A stretch of 64,000 nucleotides of DNA, taken from the IMG/VR virus record IMGVR_UViG_3300031555_004297; one strand, 5' to 3'. Position 1 is the first letter of the stretch, and every line of letters begins with the position of its first letter. A model generated the notes under the pieces. The model was not told the origin of the DNA, did no database searches, and saw only the letters and a program-made list of their open reading frames with translations. The DNA is from a virus. Its lineage: Duplodnaviria > Caudoviricetes. Below are positions 60,201 to 64,000 of this stretch, piece after piece. The position numbers were made by a program, and so were the translations under genes.

Positions 60201-62367
60201 TAAGCAGTTTAGTCATATACTCCATAGGAGCACTTATGACTGTACCGAACTTATCGGCCATTGCACCGAGGAATTGACCTGCTTTAGTATTGCCGAATTT
60301 TTCACGAACCTTATCACCAAATTTCTTAGTGGGGTTCTTCTTAGCCTCTTCTTCTTCCCTTGCCTTTGTAGCTCTTTCAAGAAGCTCTTCTTCTGTCCAG
60401 AGCGATGCATCGGCATCTCCGAATATTTCTTCTGCGTCTGATTCCCCGTCACCGCCATCATCGGACGATGATCCACTCGAGCTAGACGAACTACTACTTC
60501 CTCTAGATCTTCTTTCTTTCCTTCTCTGGGCCTTAGTTCTTCTGCCAGAACCAGCATGAATCTTATTACCTAGAGTTTTAAGGATTTCCTTAAGATACCA
60601 GAAGACATTATGACCATCAGCATCTTTGCTGAGGCTTAGTAGTCCATATCCAGCCGCTCTATTGCCACCATGAGTTCCAGGACCAGCATTACCTTCATAT
60701 GTATGATTATAGAGAATTCTAGAGATACCTCCATTTCTCTCTTCATCTTCCATATAGCGATTCTGATTCTGACGAGCTCTCATATGATTGCCTGCAAGAC
60801 CTTGAATAGCAGCTCTTACCTTAGGATCGTTTCTTCCCAATTTAAGAAGATAATCCATGTTAGATTTGCTCATGCCATAGTAGTACGAATCATTTTTCTT
60901 AGGAGAAAATGCTCCGCCATCTTCAAATACCTGCCTATTCATAGCAGATATTTGCTGTCTAAAGTCATCAGCGCTTTGCTTATTAAGCTTAGCCATCTCT
61001 TCAATATAAGGCTGAAGAGCATACTGTAGGTCTAGACCTGCACTAGTGGCATTCATATTTCTACGATTTTCATGCTCAGCCTTAACCTGCTTAGCAGACT
61101 TCCAGCTACCGGTTTGGAAATCGTAGTATCTCTCTCCACTACCAGTCAGAGCTGCCTCAATACGAGCCAGATAACCAGGGATAGTTTCAATAATAGATTG
61201 ACGAGTAATTCCATCAAAGGATACAGCGTCTTTCTTATAATTTGCAGTATCAATCTTCTTCTTTTCCTTCAGGTCGATTCCAAAGATCTTTCCAAGGAAA
61301 GAAAGAATAGATCCATCATCATTCTTACCAGCAGCATTTGCTTGAGCAATAAATGTGCTGAAAGCTGAAGACAAAGATTTATCGAATCCCTTGAGAGCTC
61401 CTTTAAAGTTCTTAGGAAGAAGCATTCCCATCATACCTGAAAGGATAGGCTGCCACGGATTCTGAGCCCACATCATAAGAGGATTCATTCCTCCACCCAA
61501 CATACTCAATCCAAGAGCATCGAATACGTGGGTTTGTACGTTCTTCTTGATAGCCTTTGCATACCCCTTAATGTTCATGCCACCAGTAGCCGTAAATGCA
61601 TCCTCGAAAGTTGTGTCTTTGCTCTGCTGCTTCTGAGCATACAGATTTCTCTGCATCTCGAGAAGTTCTTTCTGCATAGCAACAAGCTCTTGAGAAGCTT
61701 TAATCTGCTCCTCGTAGAATCTACTAGAGTTATTCATGTGAGTAACCATAGCCGTATTCAAGAACTTGGTAATATTACTAACTTCTCCATAAACAGCTCC
61801 AATACTAGAAGAAATCATAGCAGTGGAACGTTCTTGAGTTGCAATCAGAGCCTTTGTAGACGCTTCATGAGATCTAGTTACAACTTCAACTCCGCTTACG
61901 ATCGTTTTGCACTGAGCATCGGCAGCAGCCCCAATAGCTTGATCAAAGCTATTGGAAAGCGTCTTAGCAGATGCAACAATTTCACTAGGACCGGAAGAGG
62001 AGCCTTCTCCGTCATCAGAAGAGATAGTAAAACCGAAATCAGATTCCATGTCGTCCATTCCCATGATCTCATCAGAGTAATCACGATTGTGATAGAGCTG
62101 ACCCGACTTCAAGTCATCCTTCATATTCTTCAGACCTGTTCTAACAGCCACAAAGGTCTTATTTTCTGTAATGGCCTTGTGAGCTTTTTTCATCGTCTGG
62201 CGATAGTTTCTAGCGCCAGCATATACTTCTTTAAATACATCATTATTGGCATCGGCAAAATCTTTGATGCCTTCAATATTTTCAGAAATGCTGTCAATAG
62301 CGGCAAATGCTAAAGATTTACCAGCATTTTTGACATAGTTTGCGACTTTGGGTAATCCCTTGGCCAT
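51289..62367 (-). CDS. tape measure protein with C-terminal C39-like cysteine peptidase domain
   Basis: 3692 aa, amphipathic helical repeats, Gly/Ala-rich hydrophobic segments; YQSDP…GCAPVAA…HF…DP at about 51740-52220. Confidence 0.8.
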   Translation of the reverse strand: MAKGLPKVANYVKNAGKSLAFAAIDSISENIEGIKDFADANNDVFKEVYAGARNYRQTMKKAHKAITENKTFVAVRTGLKNMKDDLKSGQLYHNRDYSDEIMGMDDMESDFGFTISSDDGEGSSSGPSEIVASAKTLSNSFDQAIGAAADAQCKTIVSGVEVVTRSHEASTKALIATQERSTAMISSSIGAVYGEVSNITKFLNTAMVTHMNNSSRFYEEQIKASQELVAMQKELLEMQRNLYAQKQQSKDTTFEDAFTATGGMNIKGYAKAIKKNVQTHVFDALGLSMLGGGMNPLMMWAQNPWQPILSGMMGMLLPKNFKGALKGFDKSLSSAFSTFIAQANAAGKNDDGSILSFLGKIFGIDLKEKKKIDTANYKKDAVSFDGITRQSIIETIPGYLARIEAALTGSGERYYDFQTGSWKSAKQVKAEHENRRNMNATSAGLDLQYALQPYIEEMAKLNKQSADDFRQQISAMNRQVFEDGGAFSPKKNDSYYYGMSKSNMDYLLKLGRNDPKVRAAIQGLAGNHMRARQNQNRYMEDEERNGGISRILYNHTYEGNAGPGTHGGNRAAGYGLLSLSKDADGHNVFWYLKEILKTLGNKIHAGSGRRTKAQRRKERRSRGSSSSSSSSGSSSDDGGDGESDAEEIFGDADASLWTEEELLERATKAREEEEAKKNPTKKFGDKVREKFGNTKAGQFLGAMADKFGTVISAPMEYMTKLLNKADQNLFKVFFGNEKMVDKDGNEIDSIFNYMISRVKDAFEGLSKWFKDKFDPFKDKVKEKLKPLWDKYGAPVKNAMGDMFRSGKNRVKLGFNRTIGRGMDAVGTAFNERTISVKEHEFAKKAAEIGFDEAQVYEMAKEQGITATTKFLYQQAEGSPEARKAIVALGKQYRTDISRVNTKIKARKARRDQIISELEKGGVKSAEEIKNETEGTPAGEQPATSARGRIVTKRGLTMISPGEIIIPASTDPKELSRMESLERADRAKIMNYIGLNAKGTFNTEEMKSNLYKIWEENKDPSKASRVGAGGILGAGAGLLMGNPLLGALAGAGISVLQNSETLKTMLFGEKDDEGNRKGGVIPKSVVDIFKKHGKDMGDFGIAGGLLGLLTPFGVLGGAAIGAGIGYLKNNDNFKKFVFGDAETGKDGLISKETAEKAKKFFKKSVPAMGIGAVAGMLMGPFGLLGNAVLGAGAGLLTSTSAFHKFVFGDPDNPKKGSLVGAIKNGILNPAKERIKKIFDDLTEWGKKKILDPLKNFGKELGIAIKNAVTNTFDKVKDFLNNMFEKTIGIPIHDFLQEKIFKPITKTFFNILKAPLAIGKAIIGAPFKAMGAAADHMQKKRVRTGRAGEMTAAERLQFRKDKKMGKDKFTEQDEAISQMDESQLKGIEELVKGRLKAREAAGKNLGGVRQQMGQEISSFFNEYDEGGHQLYDRVGYNKVKKIAQIAAEGDEEGAFEAIDDLKNLTPEEKSRLKNQIKGLLEKTYKENADFRKAKDELAAGDAELEKKLGRRIKGNSDLRQIQRAMADEQKARLKRAKKDGESGHEPEPPTDPAEATNLFKNIYEERTKTIIEKIAESNELLKAILNPKAAAEEAKTTPGGNSAEEGKKPSTDIVPTEVKKKTADAAEDKKKQEDEEKAEEAGVDNVDPEKYAKMSIKDKLKQKALTAVNKARSAIGPAKSKIAGLLGAGSPEIVETTNKEMIPALATGPDAPQIDIKALMNQASSKFAESKIGQKLAGVTSGVKDDIAFLKSEFAAGKAKSDAAKNADPEQFYTEAVMDKARAFGWKAEQVSDLSEEKREQIEAFCLNYMNMTEKSVFKKGRAIYLKKPNPLDTVREKVSNMLGDAKKKASASLEKAKTGMVAFAAKFKDDGAEEDGMSAEEFFKDKVMTCVRSFGWMSKKPKIKSMNWFQKRGPKEKRYLKIEQEILKNLSKDEKKRFKKGKAIFFKTTLADRTSNITTSVKDAMSKATAGIAGSKLGQAVSGAVSSASNKVKGILAKDIPGLTEEEVNKRLEVLAKKDGYTLEDLPADKRFEYMMQIQEEHKNEEVSKMSFKTAAKSSIASMIDSIKESREDAFSEKILKNRPESMTEEEFIKRVEALAKKDGYTLEDVPHKKVKEYAKLIAEEAEDGKKSEKTSILTGAKTAVAGVLSKIKLPSRKKKGGSSESPAGLLPAPGSNLPVPVDPAVNAVETVHGEDSVEAVEAKQKAEEEDAQDDRDSANHEETKNALISIKDKLFGNPKDKGKKKGGILGKIGDAMGGLFSFIGGTKVGKAIGIGAGILGGITLFGMFGDVLTDKVINPIKKLLFGNEGDSTDGLVGKIWTKASGWFKEKFPDGFGGIVRDGVQYIADNFQKVCDNVIQPIIEVLLNNAPVFIAGLVKALVSAIKNIKWGQKSVGDRTATNEYDEAAAGIVGALGRKQRTNTVEMAQATDEKGNPLYYTDETQTETTTDPTDYPVMEVVSGYTVMNTNDSIGSKMVSAGGKAFVRSAVGIGKSGVGKVMSKVSTKGVGKGVVKAATKGVGYTVKGAGASINLGQKAGDIVHDVIESTAIRQDAAKELAKASGGNADDIYKAIMKKGGDAKAIEDVAIEIAEKSGGNLTDDILEIGIKNSDNLANSAAFKSMQKTAAGATKNIMGNAADDIAEGGLKGLGKAAKNVAKNSADNVGSKIAAGLSKAFAKIGDSKIGAKILSFCGKGVSTTMLKEALEKIAQKLSKNIVGKVAGKALGKIASGIAGKIPFVAIAIWVKDFLHGFDNADTILGVAKGDTEFEVNFGHKIVCGLLELITNQFTFGLLPSEIIVDVCVEFLFPLLGLDPKGLKEARARAQDIMDEWNEAHPEEQYDNLEDFNNKDKLHVQIGKALKNTQIGEQVENVKQVGGGAIQMFKDAGSTIKNIFSGIKNGNLDETMAPLIESFKGLPKWIIAAFKNLWTSAVTGEDSEESQIADDDPLKGIKNVIHGVMKVITCPITSIVKFFAHFKENMAKMWDSLKKFGSFIWQGVKNVFIKAWDGNMLGAFSVKANQENERGLVGNLANVVFSVMKIAISPIIYITSMVGKVKNFVMDAIECGKVIIPILGTMVGQLFKKSWEGEDYEINISTTGNDMIDNVMKGVFGIVKVVTFVPRAITWAVGRIVDTVKIVIDAGKQMIPKLATAVGGLFVAAWKGEDGPDAPESTGNNVMDIINKAIFFVVKVVTFVPRALTWVVGRVVDTVKVVINAGKQMLPKLGTAVGALFTAAWKGEESPKSPESTGNNVMDIINNVIFQVVKVLSTPLRIIVGAIGTVVSFITGGIDGLKQRLKPVTDAFDWIKEKIMGIWDGITGFFENTFGKIKSFFGGGNWGFPDVGGWISDKFGAVVDGIKNVASSIGEGISNAWSTVKGWFGGAGKHIYQSDPTVANRTYGPTTIGENGCAPVAATNAINNVRGKTITLNEAARHAENNGFLNKEGMTDMKYFESIFNKYGIKTQATNDSNLIMEALKHGHQVVMLGMDPQGNSNSPYGSRPHFITGVGLDNKNNIVVEDPDMPQSRVSYDPRRVLGTTLSAMVTSEKIDGQVGSGRGANALTESRRAAAAHYGSARALDSYEPAETPVVVHAKDDKSGGAGGVSYEVFLETIVNVLMQIAANTGLLAKILELLSEKLDINLNKEEVQKVVEQNTAGTKAALARIIQRSGDANAAKLIGDKDTDYLLKVMSGLASE

Positions 62368-62399
62368 ATAAAATCGAACCTCCTTTCTGGGGTTAATTT

Positions 62400-62411
62400 T
62401 ACTTCTATGTT
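62400..62411 (-). promoter_or_regulatory. late-type promoter of tape measure gene
   Basis: AACATAGAAGTA. Confidence 0.7.
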
Positions 62412-62524
62412 CAGCTAGTTAAAATAGGAGTAGATAAACCTAATTGCCTTAAATTTGGGCAAATTAGATAAAAAAATAAAGTAGTCTAGAGGCCTAAAAT
62501 AGCCTCTAGACTGATACAAAAAGA

Positions 62525-64000
62525 TTATTGAATTTCTTCAATAGATTTCGGTTTAATGCCCATAATATCCTTTACTTGTCTATCTAATTCAACCATTACT
62601 TTATTAATTGCACCAGATGTCCAAACAGAAGTAACCATACGAGCATTAAATGATCTTGCTGCAAAGAGTGCATGAATATCCTCTTCTGGTCTGAATTCAG
62701 AGAATGGAGCCTCTCCCTCAGGGAAGATATTCTTAACTACACCTTTATTAGCAGACTGAGCAACAACCTTATCTCCTACAGAGAGCTTGTCATTATACTT
62801 AATATAGAATACAATCTTTACACCATCCTGATTATTCTTCATGGGCCCAGTAGGCTGCATCTTATAATCAGGTTCAAGCATATTCTCTCCGGGAGCATGG
62901 TACTCTTGGAATTTTTTCTTTCTAGCTTTAATTTCTTTCTCATAAGGAATTACGAGCTTCTTCAAGCTATCAGACATTTCCTCGAGTTCACAAGTTCTAT
63001 AGATTTTAATATCCTGAATTACTCCAGTATATTTAGATTTCAGTCTAATACGACCAAGATCAGATACATATTCAGGATCTGTAATATTCTTCAGAAGCGC
63101 ATTAGCATCTTCTTCATCAAAAGAGTTCTGAAATATAATCAAAGGATCGCCTTCTTGAACTTCTTGACCAACTTTTACGATGCTATAAAGGTTGGTATTC
63201 TTAGAAAGATCAATATCTTTCTCTACAACAACATTGGTAGCCATTGCTTCAGACAACCAAGAAGAGATCGAAGTAGAGTCCTCGAAGCCTTCATCGGTAT
63301 TCATAATAGCAACCTTAGCAAGTACACCAATATTATATGCAGGATTATCGCTTTCTCCAACTTTATTAGAGAAGGATGATTTATCATAAGCAAGAATCTC
63401 ATCTTTCTTAAAGATAGAATTCTCCTTAAGATCTGTATCAAGCTTAAGAGTAATGTAAAAACCACCATCGGAGTTCTTCTTTACATTTTCTCTAAGATCG
63501 ATATATTCATTAGTGTAAGTTTCGCCTTCCTGAGTCATAACGGGTTTTCTATATTCGACTACCATATACTGATCAGGAACAACTTCAACAACTCTTCCTG
63601 TTTCTTTTGCTTTAACAACAAAGGTTTCAGAAGCCATATGAGCCATTGCTTCATCGGCACCATTAGTAATAAGAAGAGGAGCTGACTTAGCCGTACGCAT
63701 GGAGTGTTTCGATGTCTGAATAAATGTCATAGCAGAACGGAAGGGGTCATCTCTGGTTGTACCAAAGGGAGTTACAGCCTCTGTCATACCAAATGACTTA
63801 GTTACAGACATTTCTTCCTTCTTTGTAGGCTTAATATAACCACGGATTCCTACAATATCCATATCAATCGTTGTCTGACGGTTGATACCGACATTTGCAG
63901 AGAAACCTGTAGAAAGAGCAAGTTTATTAATCATAGAATCATCATAAGTACGCTTATCAAGACCATAAGATCTATCAGAGTTCATACCAGATAATCCTTT
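62525..64000 (-). CDS. phage multisubunit RNA polymerase beta subunit (probably virion RNAP), 5'-truncated by window edge
   Basis: Frame open to 64000 (KGLSGMNSDRSY); DDPFRSAMTFIQ, GFEDS, LSVGDKV….ANKGVV, ARM. Confidence 0.9.
   Translation of the reverse strand, partial: KGLSGMNSDRSYGLDKRTYDDSMINKLALSTGFSANVGINRQTTIDMDIVGIRGYIKPTKKEEMSVTKSFGMTEAVTPFGTTRDDPFRSAMTFIQTSKHSMRTAKSAPLLITNGADEAMAHMASETFVVKAKETGRVVEVVPDQYMVVEYRKPVMTQEGETYTNEYIDLRENVKKNSDGGFYITLKLDTDLKENSIFKKDEILAYDKSSFSNKVGESDNPAYNIGVLAKVAIMNTDEGFEDSTSISSWLSEAMATNVVVEKDIDLSKNTNLYSIVKVGQEVQEGDPLIIFQNSFDEEDANALLKNITDPEYVSDLGRIRLKSKYTGVIQDIKIYRTCELEEMSDSLKKLVIPYEKEIKARKKKFQEYHAPGENMLEPDYKMQPTGPMKNNQDGVKIVFYIKYNDKLSVGDKVVAQSANKGVVKNIFPEGEAPFSEFRPEEDIHALFAARSFNARMVTSVWTSGAINKVMVELDRQVKDIMGIKPKSIEEIQ

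Noticed and set aside
1-64000. Stop-codon reassignment as the cause of fragmented genes
   Set aside because: Very long ORFs are intact in code 11; the breaks are explained by introns and frameshifts
1-64000. CRISPR array, IS element, rRNA or canonical free-standing tRNA genes
   Set aside because: No regularly spaced repeats, transposase or rRNA motifs seen; the only tRNA-like folds found are the two inside introns

Overview
AT-rich 64 kb segment of a jumbo myophage of the AR9/PBS1/phiKZ type (phage-encoded multisubunit RNA polymerases, contractile-tail genes, strong AAGGAGG ribosome-binding sites suggesting a Firmicutes host, standard genetic code). Left to right: (i) a gene for the sigma-like promoter-specificity subunit of the non-virion RNA polymerase (AR9 gp226/phiKZ gp68-like, 511 aa after splicing), split by FIVE group I introns. 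Two of these carry HNH homing endonucleases in loop L6, and two carry CCA-ending tRNA-like RNAs in the same position instead. (ii) An early accessory cluster with RtcB, NADAR and an AcrVA2-like protein. (iii) An RNA polymerase beta-prime subunit with a sixth group I intron plus HNH inserted immediately before the catalytic DxDGD motif. (iv) A tail-assembly/baseplate module with a probable -1 frameshift, and a candidate late small RNA carrying anti-RBS segments. (v) A dCTP deaminase with a large insertion, a PC4-like SSB, head and baseplate proteins, RusA, a 3692-aa tape measure protein with a C39-like peptidase domain, and the 3' part of an RNA polymerase beta subunit. Two promoter motifs recur: AACA-N6-TA (late genes) and TATATTAT-N6-TG (early genes). 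The most novel signal is the set of group I introns whose endonuclease slot holds tRNA-like cargo. All family assignments come from motif recognition by eye; no database search was run.
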